Assembly (NCBI RefSeq): GCF_018350175.1
Contig: NC_058368.1
Coordinates: 141,486,001 to 141,550,000, forward strand
Length of the DNA stretch: 64,000 bases
Origin: Felis catus
Lineage: Eukaryota
Direction of reading: 5' to 3'
Shown one piece after another: positions 52,231 to 64,000 of the stretch (position 1 is its first letter; each line of letters opens with the position of its first letter). The position numbers were made by a program, and so were the translations under genes. The notes below the pieces were generated by a model. That model had not been told where the DNA came from. It ran no database searches and was given only the letters and a program-made list of their open reading frames with translations.

Positions 52231-55200
52231 GTACTAGAGGGAAAATAAGAAACACCATCTGAAAATGTTATTTCTGAAATCACTGTTGGGAGTACCTCAT
52301 AGTCAGACTAAGCATGTAATAATTAATAAAAACAAGGGCAGGAAAAACAGAAACCAGTTCAGCATCACTGAACTCATTCAGAATATTGCAATTATAAAAT
52401 CTAGAAAGAACTTATTTTAATGTCAGTATACCTACGTTTTGTTTTATAATTTATAATTTTTATTTTTTTAATTTCTTAGGAATCACACGTAATCTTTTCA
52501 GTGTTAAGGGTTTCTAGAGCTTTTAATCTGACCTTGTTTGAGTTTATCTTTAAAAGATTCAGTAATGGCTGTGAGCAAAAGCATATAAAGCCCTGTGACA
52601 TTTCAATGAAAGATATAAAGAACATACAGTATATATGTCATGAAGGTTAATTATCTATTCTTGGTACTTGTGAATTACTTCAACTAGGAACTAAAAGGGA
52701 TTGTGGCAGCATGAGCAACTGCAACAAGTCGCAAATCCAACTCAGCTTTAAAGATGGAAACTTGGGTAGATGTGATATTTGATTATGTGGACACAAGATG
52801 CAGCTTAACTGCACAAGCAACTAATTATGCCTGCTTAAAGACTATTATGATATTGTCAAAATCAAGAGAGGGCCTCTTTGTATCTCATCCCTAAAATTCC
52901 TTAAAAGTTTTTTCTAGTAAGTCTTATAAATTCATGCCTTTTTTTGATAGAGCACAAGCAGAAAAGCGAAAGGCATTGTTCTGCTTCTCTCTGTAATGAC
53001 CACATGCTAAATAGGCCATGGTTCCTGTACCAAAAGCTCTGCACTGATGAGAGCGCAGAGAGTCAGGCAGGGGGTGCCCCCCTTTGTTGCTGCTTTCATT
53101 TTTAAAGTGAATCATAATTTCTGCATTGGATACGAGGATGGGTTTACAGCTATTAGCCATCATATTAATAATTTAGAAAATACATGCCCAATCACTTGTG
53201 TTCTTTCAATTCCCTATGAACACAGCTGCAACCCACATTAGAAGCGAGGGTGAATGGATATTTTTCAGATGAGATATTTGGGCTGAATTATTAGGGTAGC
53301 CTGTACTACAAAATTACTAATAAACATTGCTTCTGGCTCAATTTAGCCTGAACTCAGTGAACCTAGTCAATGGTGACAAATCAAAAACTCTGAAATGCCC
53401 AATGAATGAATCTAACTAATCAAGGAACCCTGTAGGAAGTGGATGCCAGGATTAATGAGCCAGCAGTCTCACCATGCCATGCTGTTATTTCTTCACATAA
53501 ATGCCCTTAGATGAGATTACCTTTATGTCATGAAAAGGAGAAAAGGAAGGTTACATTCCTTCAACTGACAAGTTAACCACTGCCATTACTAGAAGACACA
53601 TCTTTGTGGGCTAAGTTTTCTCTTGATCCTAAAAATTACAGTGTAGAGTCCACAACACAAATGAGAAACATTTTCATTTTCAGATGAAGCAGTCATTGAG
53701 GAAATCAAACATAAATTGCTCCAAAGTTAGAATTTCTTCCGTATTCTCCATTTCTACCTACCTTGATTTACCCAAATTGCTCTGCATCCTATTTTGTATC
53801 CAGTACCTAATATCACCTTTAGAAGTTGAAGTCCTATATCCTATTTCTGCCACCATCAGCAAAAGGTAAACTAAGTGCAACACCATTACCATGTCATCAT
53901 GTTCTACCACATATATGTATTTAGTACCAATCTTGAGGAGAAAATTACACAAGGATGAATATGCGTAATCAAATAAATCAATCACATAGTTACATCATAA
54001 TAAACTTTGACTCTTTCTAGCCAGCATGTGGTGACGGTATTCAATGCCAAATAGGCCCCTCGGCAAAAAGTATAATTCATTAGAGGTAGGATATCCAGCA
54101 TGTTGTACTATCTACCTTGTCTTCTAATAGTATTCACCTTTATTGTCTTTTTTCCCTTATTGAATGTAATTATTTATTATTATAACTTTAACAGTTTGGA
54201 GACACAATTGCTGCTGACAAAGAGTAAAAAATAAGGATTATTCTGTTGTTAGGGGTTTTTTTCCTCCCTCAAAATGCAGAAATCTTTCAGACTTGTGACT
54301 GAGATTCTCATTCTCTGCTTTTTATCTTTGCTAAACTGTCAACTTTAACAACCTAGGCCAGGTTGTCTTCCCTTATGCTAATGCCATATATGACATTAAA
54401 ATGCTCAGGATTCTTAATACAAAAATCTATTGCTATAGAAACAAATATTATTCTAAAGTCAGGTCAAGTGAAAAACTCTGTACACTTTCATTATAATATT
54501 GATAAATAACCATTATATTATGAAATATAAGTATCTTTGAGAGCATCTATCACTTGAGTTGATTTGTAACTTCTCATCAGTGTTCTGAGTTGGCCCATTT
54601 TTTTCAAATGAAAGATCTCCCTTGCCTTTGAGAAATACAATTTTTAAAGATTCCATTTAGCATCCTTTATTGCATTCCTACCTCATAAAGTTATGCTTTA
54701 TAGCAGCATAAAAAAGCTGTAAAATTAGCATCCTTGTAAACAACCTTCCATGCTCACTGGTAAAGCAATCTGTAATTTGTAGTAATCTCTTAAATGTGAT
54801 TTGAGATTACAGTAGCTACGAATTCAAATTTTTCTTAAAAAAAGCACTAGTTAATTCAAGGGAATATGATGAAATGTAAAAACAAGAAAAAGTATTTTTC
54901 ATATACATATATTTTAGAAATGATTATTATGCTGCTAAATTCTAGAATGCTAACATTCAGAAATGTTCCATTTGTATATGAAATCCCAAATGAGCATGTT
55001 TTTATCTTAATATTTTAACCTTATATTAAAAAATACCCTTTAGAAAATGTAAAATTCAAATATTCTGTGAACACACTCACCAATTTTACCTCTAATTAAA
55101 TTCCTAAGGTAACATGAAGACACGATTTTTCTCGATCATAGAAAATCATGTATTTTTGTCCTTGCCTTTGAGGAGATTCTATTGTGCTCTCAGTTGAGTA

Positions 55201-55479
55201 ACAATTACAACAGGTCCTAAAATTCATATGTAGTCCAGTGGTACAGTCTTTTTAGGGTTTACACACTATGGCAACCAAATGAGAAATCTTCCCAGGGGAT
55301 TGGGTGCACTCTCAATGCCCATAATGACCCTTAAAGTTTAAACCACAAGATCAATTTTGATTAGTCTTCCAAAGAATGCCTGTGATATTGATTCGCCTCC
55401 ACGTTTAAAACACACCACAACCTTCCCTCTCAGACTACCAAAGAAACAGCAATTTTCACTACTAGTTAGTTTCAGCACG

Positions 55480-56230
55480 TGGCTGTATTCGAGGTTGGCT
55501 CACACCAAGGAAGGACCCTAAGCAAACGAGAGCGGCCAGATGAAGCAAAGCCTGAGAGGCACAACCCAAAGCCAGGTCGTCCTATTTCAGACCTGCCGTT
55601 TGCCTCCGCTCGTGAGGTCTGGGGTTATAAGAAGCCGAGTCCAGATCCAGAAGAAACAAAGGAACCAGGTCGCCTCTTTCAAAAAGCCAGGAGGCCTAGG
55701 CCCTAGGAAAGTACACCCCCACCCCCTCCCCGGACTTTCCAGCCCTTTCACGTTTCAGTCCACTGCATACCTGGGACCAGACGCGACTTTGGGTTAGTGA
55801 CGCCTGAGGGCAGAGCTACCGGTCCCCAGACTTCCTTTACTATGGTCCTTCTGGCCTACAGCTTTCCTATCACAAGCACGCAGCCCGAAGAGGGTCGCCC
55901 TCCACTCCCTTGCCGTAGGGAAACGGTTCACAAGAGAAGCTCATCAACCCTCGAGCCCTGAGTTTAGTGCCGGCAGCTGCGCCCTGAGACTCACTCTGGA
56001 AGCCCTGGCAGGCCCAAAGCCTCGCGAGGCCTGGAGCTCGCGCGAGGCCCGGTCTTCTGGCTTCCGGCTCGTGGACTGCGTGATTCAAAGCCTGGCCTCC
56101 TGCACCAGAGCGCTGCCTAGGCCGCGGTGCAACCCGGAAGCTGAACCCCAGACTACTGAATGGGGTTCCCGCCATTTGAGATCCGGGATCTTCGCCAGTT
56201 GAGAGCCCTCGTGCATACAACAGGACGAGC
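55480..56230. promoter_or_regulatory. Small CpG-rich island just downstream of the OTP polyA site
   Basis: Local GC/CpG enrichment (e.g. GCCTCGCGAGGC, CTCGCGCGAG) against AT-rich flanks. Confidence 0.6.
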
Positions 56231-56269
56231 CCTCTTCCCCTGCCCCACTTGACCCCTTTCCTGAAATTC

Positions 56270-56337
56270 AAAGTCACAACAAAACCCATCATTCTCCATA
56301 TCACATACTGAAAATGATTTTATTTTATCCATTTACA
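56270..56337 (-). terminator. OTP: OTP polyadenylation signal
   Basis: Minus-strand AATAAA (TTTATT at 56319-56324), upstream UGUAAA (56332-56337), downstream GGGTTTTGTTGTG. Further AATAAA hexamers at 56399-56404 and 56820-56830. Confidence 0.7.
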
Positions 56338-57897
56338 TTTAACTTGATATAAACTTGTCCGGAAAAGTCAAATAATATGCTTTATATTAGCTCAAACATT
56401 TATTAAGAAAACCAAATTCCATAAATAAGCACAGACAATAAGTTAAAACATATCACAAATTGACCAGTATGTAACAAGAATGCTTTATCTACACAAAACA
56501 TCCTATTTCACATGTTTGTTCATTCTTCGAAAGCGCTTCTGTTCTCTGGGTTTGGATTTGACCAGCACATGCAGAAAGAGCTGATTGTGTTTCTCTGTAC
56601 AAAGTTGCAGGGTTGTAGATGTCCGGGTGCACCCATCGGCAGCCGGCAAGGGCCAGAGCGGTGGCCGAGGGGCACGAGGGACGACAGGACGACCACAAAA
56701 CAACCTAGGGCACAGAGCAGCGAGGAGAGAAACGGAAAAGGAAGCAAACAAACCCCAATCCTGAAGGATCCAGAAAAGAGATGTGGCTTTTACTTTTACA
56801 AAAGGAAAATTTTCTTACATTTATTTTATTCTTCCTTATAAAGACTTATCAAAATGGGTAAGATCACCTCTTCTTCATCACCTGACTGATTTAGTCTACT
56901 CCAGCCACCCAACTCACTGGCATATTCCTCCTGAGAAGCCTTCCCTTCTATAACCTCACACAGTTGTGCTAAAGAAAATAAAAGTAAGAGAAAATAAAAG
57001 TGTTCTTTTGCAAGCCAATAGAGGGCTGCATGGATGTGACTGGGCGGACGGGGCAAGGGTAGGGTGGTGGGAGAGGAAAGAAAAAGAGGAGTTTGGAGAA
57101 AGAATACAGGGATAAATCAAATTCTATCAGTTGGGCCCTCAGATGAGGCGGTTGTAGCAGATGCTTGTCCTCCTTTAAGACGAAAATCCCTAACATTGTG
57201 CTGTCCCTTGAACACGTCCGTGTGTGACCTAGGTGCACTGTGTATGCGTGTGTGTACGTGTATGTGTAGTGTCTGAAAGTGAGCGAGAGTGCGGGTGTGT
57301 GTGTTTCTGCCCACAAACCAGTCCATTGGTGTCTGATTTCAGATCCTGAGTCGACTCCCTGGTAAGTAAAATGGCGGGAAGGATGCTTTTTGCAGGGCGC
57401 GGGAGGAGGGGCGTGAGGTGCGGGTAAAGAAGGGACTGGAGGGGAGGCGGCGGGTGAGGGGGTCGTAGGCGTCGTGTTGAAGGTGTAGGTGAGAATGCCG
57501 CCAGTCGGAAGGCTGGGAGGAGGGCGCGAGCACGCTACTTGCGAGCCGGGTGGCGGGGGGTAGCCGGAAAGGGTGGGGTGAAGTGCTGGAGAAGGGGGCC
57601 AGGGAAGAGTTGGGGGAGACGGGAAGAGGAGCTGAGAGGAGAGTGGGGACCGGGGCGGGCGAAATCAGGTGGAGGGGAGGCCTCGCGGGCTGGGGCTTGG
57701 GGGAGAGCCCCAGAGAACGAACGAGAGAGGAGAGAACAAAACGAGAAGTGGAAGTGGCGGAGGCCGGGTGGGGGGACGGGGCAGGGCGCCGGGGCAGGGG
57801 CCCGGGCAGGGAGCGGGGGCCCGGGCGCGCGCCAGAAGGACCTCGGGGCGGCCCTGGGGGCGGCGCCGGGGGCGGAGCGGGCTGGGGCGCGGCTGCA
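56300..57897 (-). other. OTP: OTP 3' UTR (approximate 3' end)
   Basis: Follows the stop codon; C-rich proximal part, AU-rich distal part; ends near AATAAA at 56319-56324 followed by a GU-rich element. Confidence 0.8.
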
Positions 57898-58730
57898 TTA
57901 AGTGAAGCTCATGGAGACTGTGTGCTCTAGCGCCTTGCGGCGGAGGGAGGCGATGCTCGTGCCCCGCCACACGTCGCTGCTGTCCGGGGAGCTGCAGAGC
58001 TGGGGCGAGCCGGAGACGTTGCTGGGGCCGGGGAGGGAGGCGGGCACCATGCCGGGGAAGGCGGGCTGGTAGAGGTGCGACTGCAGCCCCGCGCCGTTGG
58101 AGCCCGCCAGGCTGTTGGACAGGCCCATGGAGTTGGGCGGCGGCCCGGCCGCCAGGCTGCACTGGGACAGCGACTGCGCCATAGCTTGCTGCCTGCCCAG
58201 AGCCGGCGGCAGCGGCAACTGTGATACGCCCGGCATGGCGGCCGCCGCCCAGCGGGTGTCGTTGGCGTGGAAAGAGCACAGGCTGTCGCCCATAGCGGCG
58301 GCGGCGGCGGCGGCGGCTGACGGAAACTGAGGCAGGCCTGGTGTGGGCAGCAGAGTTCCCGGCGCGCGGAACACGTTGGTGGTCTTCTTGCGTTTCTTCC
58401 ACTTAGCGCGCCGGTTCTGGAACCAGACCTGGAGCGGGCGGGGCGGGAGACACACAGAGCGCTATTAGGGAGCCGGCTGGCCAGGGGGTGGGGCGGGGGC
58501 TTGAGCCTGAGAAACCTGCGTCAGACACTGCCCCAGGCGGGACAAGTACCATCTGCCCAAAGTGCCCGTACACTCAGCCAGAGACCGCGGTTCTTCGCCA
58601 GCTCGAGACAACCGGAGTCCCTTGCACTCAGCAAGCGCCAACCTCCGGGGTCCTGATAGTGCCCCGGAGCGCTTACACTGGGTGCAAACATACCACCGCG
58701 TGCAGTGTTCACCACGCCCCTGCACGCTGG
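57340..58730. promoter_or_regulatory. CpG island over the OTP last exon and proximal 3'UTR
   Basis: Very high GC with dense CpG dinucleotides. Confidence 0.85.
57898..58428 (-). CDS. OTP: Orthopedia homeobox protein, terminal coding exon (homeodomain helix 3, poly-Ala, C-terminal OAR domain)
   Basis: Translation VWFQNRRAKWKKRKKTTNVFRAPG...SIASLRRKALEHTVSMSFT* has paired-like helix 3 (Q50) and the OAR motif SIASLRRKA. Splice acceptor ...ccccgcccgctccag|GTC (AG at 58429-58430), branch-like CTAAT at 58464-58468, TAA stop at 57898-57900. The ORF-track prefix MCLPPRPLQ is intronic. Confidence 0.98.
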   Translation of the reverse strand, partial: VWFQNRRAKWKKRKKTTNVFRAPGTLLPTPGLPQFPSAAAAAAAAMGDSLCSFHANDTRWAAAAMPGVSQLPLPPALGRQQAMAQSLSQCSLAAGPPPNSMGLSNSLAGSNGAGLQSHLYQPAFPGMVPASLPGPSNVSGSPQLCSSPDSSDVWRGTSIASLRRKALEHTVSMSFT

Positions 58731-61700
58731 CACATTCTATGCACTGCTTAGAGGCACAAGTCTGCAGGCAGGCATGTGTCAAAATCGGACCCACAGGTGT
58801 ACAAATGAAGATAAACATGTGTACCCATGTGGCTTGATAGCGTGCCTTATAACACTGATGGGCTATAGAATTTTCAGAAACGCTGGAAATTTGGAAATTG
58901 ATGAGGGGCTGAGGATGACATAGCCAGTTTCAAAATCGAAAGACAAAGGAAAACCCCTAACGCCATGGATGACAGAGCGGAGAGGTTAATATAGTGATCC
59001 TTGTGGGAAAGCGAGCCGCACTGAGCTACGGTGTTGTTTGGGTCGCCACCGTGATTTCTGATTTGTAGCGACTGGTTCTACTGCCACAAGTCTCCATGCC
59101 TCATTCTCGAACCCCTCTGAGGGCACCTTTTATCTGAGCTGTGCAGATGTGCTGGAACCTGCTGCCAGGGCCCTGAGCCCCACGTCCTTCAAGTCTATTT
59201 TCAGAAACTTGCTGAGAACCCCGAATTACAAGGTTTCCAATTCCTCAAGTCTCCCCTGTTTGATCTGTTTCATGTATAAACTGAAAACAAATTTTCTGAC
59301 CAGTACAAATTAGAGGTCAAGTTTAAAGCACACACTAGTAATGAATCAAATTTGATTTTGCTTCAGACCCACATATCTTTCTTTTTAGAGGAGATGTGTT
59401 TGATAAAATATACTCCAAATAAAAATAAGCCTCGTACTCGTTTTTTCTTAACAATACCTCTGAATTTCTGAACTTACCAGACAAACTTGACAATTAATGC
59501 CATATTCACCACCACAGGGGAAGGAAGAGTTCCTCTGAAAGATACCAGGTAAACTGCCTGACCAAGAGAACTTCCTGTTTCCCCATACTTGAATTTGGGT
59601 TGTGCGTGGTTTTTTGTTTTGTTTTGTTTTTTAATAATAATTGGCAGTACGCCTACCTGGCAGGCTTGCAGTTTAACACATAGTCAGTTGGAGGTTTAGT
59701 GTGCACAAATATAAATTGCGTAAGACACAACTCAGGTACTGATTGAGTTTCCTTTTAGAATGTGACAAACGTAATTTGACCATATTCATGACCAAAAGGT
59801 TATTCATCTGTTAATCCAAGCTATTTAGTGTTTATTCTGCAAGCTAAAGGATCATGAGTATGGATGTACCTGACCTATTCTCAGTAAGCCAGCTATTCAC
59901 AGAGGCATGTTACACTGTGCAGGTGAAGACCCTCCACGCTTACTAGTGTGAACGGCATTGCGCTCTAGACATATTGCCGGCCTTTGAGCTGGCCCTGGCC
60001 TTTCTACCACACCCAAGCCATCACCCATCATTTCATCTTTCTCTGATTTCTACCCCATTTCCCGTGTTTCTGCCTACCCCAATTTCCTGATTGTGTAAAG
60101 ATGCCGGGTCCCTTACTTGCTAAAGCCCCTAGAGTAGGTGGCACAACGGGTTAATGAGACTGCGGGGCCGACGGGGGAGAATTGAGCTGTTTAGCGGCCT
60201 GGAGCAGAGAGTAACCCGCAGGAGCCAAGGAAAGCACAGTGAGGAGACCTGTGGCCACAGGTCACTTTGCATTACCCATCCTAGGCTGCATTGAGGAGAG
60301 GTAGACTGGATGGAGCCCTAGACAGGGAGGATGTCTATGTCCAAACGGTCCCCACATCTCACATTCTGCACTCGGGTATATTTAGAAAGATAGCTATAAA
60401 GACCGGTTCCTAACGGCCTGCAAAGTGTCAGTGAATCCCTAAATGTTTGAATATCTTGGGCTGGGCAGTGGGCGAAGAGGGTGGCAGACATCTGGGGGGG
60501 GGGGGGGGGCGGGGAGGTTCCGGAGAAGCAGAAGAAAGAAGGGCGGGGGCGGAGGGATTGCCCCTACAGTGGAAAACACAACTGCTAGAAAGGTTTCTGG
60601 ACCTCAGGCACAGGTGGAAAAGAACAGCTGTTAAAGACCTAAATATGATAGGAATAATCGAAAAATCGTGCTCAATTATGTTTGAGGGTTAGTAGTCAAA
60701 TGATGGCTACAAAATTTTTTATGTTTCATGGCTTACTGGGGTTGTGAAAAAAATCTGCATGGGGTCTGAGCACCTCCGTTCCAAGCTATGATGCATATGT
60801 TTTTAAAATGTGAATGTTTCCACTTGAAAACTAGAGCATGACGGATTAAAATGCAGGCAAAACCTAAGGGAGATTTTGAGAATGCACAGATGACAACTCC
60901 AGAAAATATATTAACCGCAGCCACTGGCCAACTTTGCACTCAGTTTGAATGCAGCTCTTTTCAGAAAATGCTTAATACAACAGTGAGAATCTAATGGAGG
61001 TTGGAATTTAAAAATCCACTTTCGTGATATCTGCTGTTACAGTAATATAGACATACTGTAAATGTATTTTAAAATATATAGCCCGTTTAATTCCCCACCT
61101 ATAAATGGCTCAGAAATAGAGAAAGAGAGGGAGAAAGAGAGAATATTACTTTTTTCCCCCTCGAAGCAAACGCTTTATGAAGATCTCATTGGAATCCAGC
61201 AAATGATTAATGTGAAGATTTGGGAGGAAATCTGGGGAGCTGTATTAAAGCCGAGATCTCAGGTTCATTTCGATCAGCCAGCCGTGAACTCTGGGCCGAA
61301 TTCATTACACTTTAATAGTGCTGGGAGAGGAAGAAAATGCAATTTCTCATTCCATTAGAAAACTAGAAAATACTCTCAGCTTGTCCCCCTATTAAGATGT
61401 GGCAGGTGACAGGGCCATTCTGGGGGACACGGTCAATGGAATTACAGCACATTATTTTTGTTCGTATAAAATATTGAAAGGCAAGCCTGACTGTGCAGAA
61501 GTTATTTCACTGATTTGGTTTTTATGTAAATAAAATATTGAAAGTTAATTAATCCGTGCTAGAGACTAATGATTATGCTTATTATATTGCATTTGATCGC
61601 GTAATTTGCATGATTCTCGCATTGCTGCTTAATAAGCCATTCTAGGTTATAAATAATTCTGAAATTGGTTTCTAATAATGGCATGCTATAAAAGGAATGG

Positions 61701-64000
61701 TTTTATTACACTAGCCAGAAAAGGGGAGCGATATCAGACGTGGAATTGGCCTCCATGTGAGTAGAAGTGCTTTAATAAGTACTTAAAAGTGTGATATATA
61801 CCAGATATAGATAAAAATAAGTATGTTGGATCAGTTAGTCTAGAATTAAAAAAACATCTTTAAAAGCATACAATTGTAATAAATTAAATGTTTAGATCAT
61901 TTTTAATCAGTGCAGTGGCCCACATACTGAAAAGAATGTGTGACAATCTGTTAACTATAAAGAAAACTATGAAGTACTCATCATATAAGAACATAAACCA
62001 ATTACTATTTAATTTGAATTTGGTCAAGGAGCAATGGTACAGTGAATTGTGAAGTAAATACATTTTCCATAAATTATTTTTGCATTACATTACATAATGT
62101 TAATCATTTTGAAATGTTAATTAAGAAGGTTATGTTGATCTGATTACTTTTTAAACTATGAAACATTATTTTTAAAAATATTGAAATTGCCATTCTATTA
62201 AATTGTTCCTATCAGCAGCCTCAAGCTATTATCTTTTGTTGAACATTATGCTAGAACAATTAAAGTACTTTGTCTTTTTCTTCTTGATTATTCTTTTGTG
62301 TACTTTTTGAAAATAACTGTTTCTATTACATAGTTTGTATTTTATTTCATTTACAACTTTTTCTATTAAAAGAACCACTGCCATTAACCTTTGGAAGACC
62401 TAATAAAGTTTAATAGACCTCATTTTCTTTTTTCATAAAGTCGGTTGTCCAATTATATTTTATTTGTGATTCTAAGTTCTATTTTAATTTAAACTAATTA
62501 CCACTATGTCTAGGTTAAGCAACAGCATTTTACTCTTTAAAACAAAAATTATTAGGTGTATTTTTCTTGAGGGACAAAAAGCAAATTTATGAATTTTGAA
62601 CCTACAAGATTTTAAGAAGCCAGTATTATCATTAACAGTAATGAAAGTATTGAAATTATTTATTTCTGGTAAGGTTTGGACCCAACTTCAGATTTAAAAA
62701 GAGGTGGGAAGTAAAAATCTTTTAAACAATAATATATATCTGCACAATGCAGTTACCACTTTTGGGGTGTTCAATTTCAATGGCCCATGATTCAGGGTTT
62801 CCAAAGTCCACTGACAAAACCACCTGGACTTACAATGAGTAAAAACGTTAATCTATGTTCTACCTTGATGATTACTTTATTAATTGACCACTTTAAGTTC
62901 CCCGTGATATTCATTTGCTGACTACTTACAGCAGAAGCATATCTGTTTTTCCAGGTTAGACTATTTTTACAATGTCGAAAGCAGACATAAACATTCAACA
63001 CTGTGATTATGGACACCCTTGTCTCCAACTTCTTAGATCAAATGTAAAGCAACTGGGATCTTTAAACTTAATTTGTTAAAGCAGCTAGAGATGAAATTGA
63101 CACCCTGGATGACATAGAGAAACTATCATGTTCAAGACAGGAAAGGAAGGTTTTCAGAACCCTGGATAGCTCAAGACTCAGTGAGTGCCTTGGTATTTCA
63201 CCTAGAGCAGTGGTCCATAAAAGATCTGATATATTGTTTTCATTCTTTTTTAAAAAGCGGGGGGGGGGGGGAATGAGATTCGCTGAGCTTATACTTTTAT
63301 TCCTCAATTTTCAGAAAAGTTATAGATGTGATTTTCAAAGTTATATATACTTTACAACTTGGAGGGTGGTTGGCCGAGAACAAGGTATCAGTAACGAATT
63401 CGTCTGCTACCTGTCAATCTTTCTTGCCCTAAATGTCCTTTCTTCAGATCGGATATCTACAACAGAAAGCCTTCAGTCCCCCCATCCCCAGTTTCCTTAA
63501 GGGGAAAACCAGGGTTCAAAGACCGGGGGATCTTTACAGCCGCTCTCGGCGGCGGCGCTTCGGTAGACCATCAAAGTTTAAAACCTTTGCAAACCTCAAA
63601 GCTCGGGGTTTGTTGTCTTAGAGCTGCTGGAGGGTGATATGCAAGAGAATAAAGCTGCACCGTGAAACTCAGGTATGGATTTTTTGTAAGGTGCCATCAT
63701 GCCTTATTTCCTCCCTTTTCAAGTTTTCTGTAGAATTGTTGCATTCCCCCCATTTATCCAGACGCTTAACACAAACTCATTAGGGGTAATGAAATACTTG
63801 TGAAGAACTCGAGGTGGAGTGGAGGTGCGCGCTCAGCTTAGCCGCCTGGGAGACGCGGAGGCTGGGAGACGCAGAGCTTCCCTTCTCAGGACGAGTGAGA
63901 CGACCTAACAGTAGAACAACGCCGGCTTCGCTTTTGAGGCATTTCTGCAGGAATGTGGCTATACTGGTGGGAGGTGGGAGCCCTGCTTGTCCATGGAACT
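58429..64000 (-). other. OTP: OTP intron preceding the last exon; the upstream exon lies beyond the window
   Basis: Begins at the acceptor of the terminal exon. No homeodomain helix 1/2 coding sequence is seen in the window. CpG density rises again after ~63500. Confidence 0.85.

Noticed and set aside
57539..57930. Gly/Ala/Arg-rich plus-strand ORFs
   Set aside because: Low-complexity products of the G-rich strand of the CpG island.
57665..58402. 245-aa alternative-frame ORF overlapping OTP
   Set aside because: GTG start directly after a TAA in that frame, no obvious splice entry; long off-frame ORFs are expected in very GC-rich exons.

Overview
Felid (cat-family) genomic DNA, judged from abundant SINEC_Fc/CanSINE tRNA-derived SINEs and carnivore L1s. 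The right end carries the last coding exon (57898-58428, minus strand), the ~1.6 kb 3'UTR and most of the preceding intron of the homeobox gene OTP (orthopedia), inside a CpG island and a ~11.8 kb stretch with no recognisable transposon. The left ~52 kb is mostly repeats: nested and rearranged L1s (0.5-18 kb), a full-length but dead L1 (42055-49057), about 25 SINEs (many with TSDs), MER21- and MLT1-like LTRs, a Charlie1-type hAT fossil, MER3, L2 and MIR. Several unique TAAT-rich blocks look like conserved enhancers. The best new lead is a candidate minus-strand alternative first coding exon at ~40.6 kb, with two X-box (RFX)-like motifs upstream and a perfect splice donor; it may belong to the downstream gene, probably WDR41 by synteny. 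No CRISPR or other prokaryote-type system is present, and repeat family names come from recognition, not a database search.
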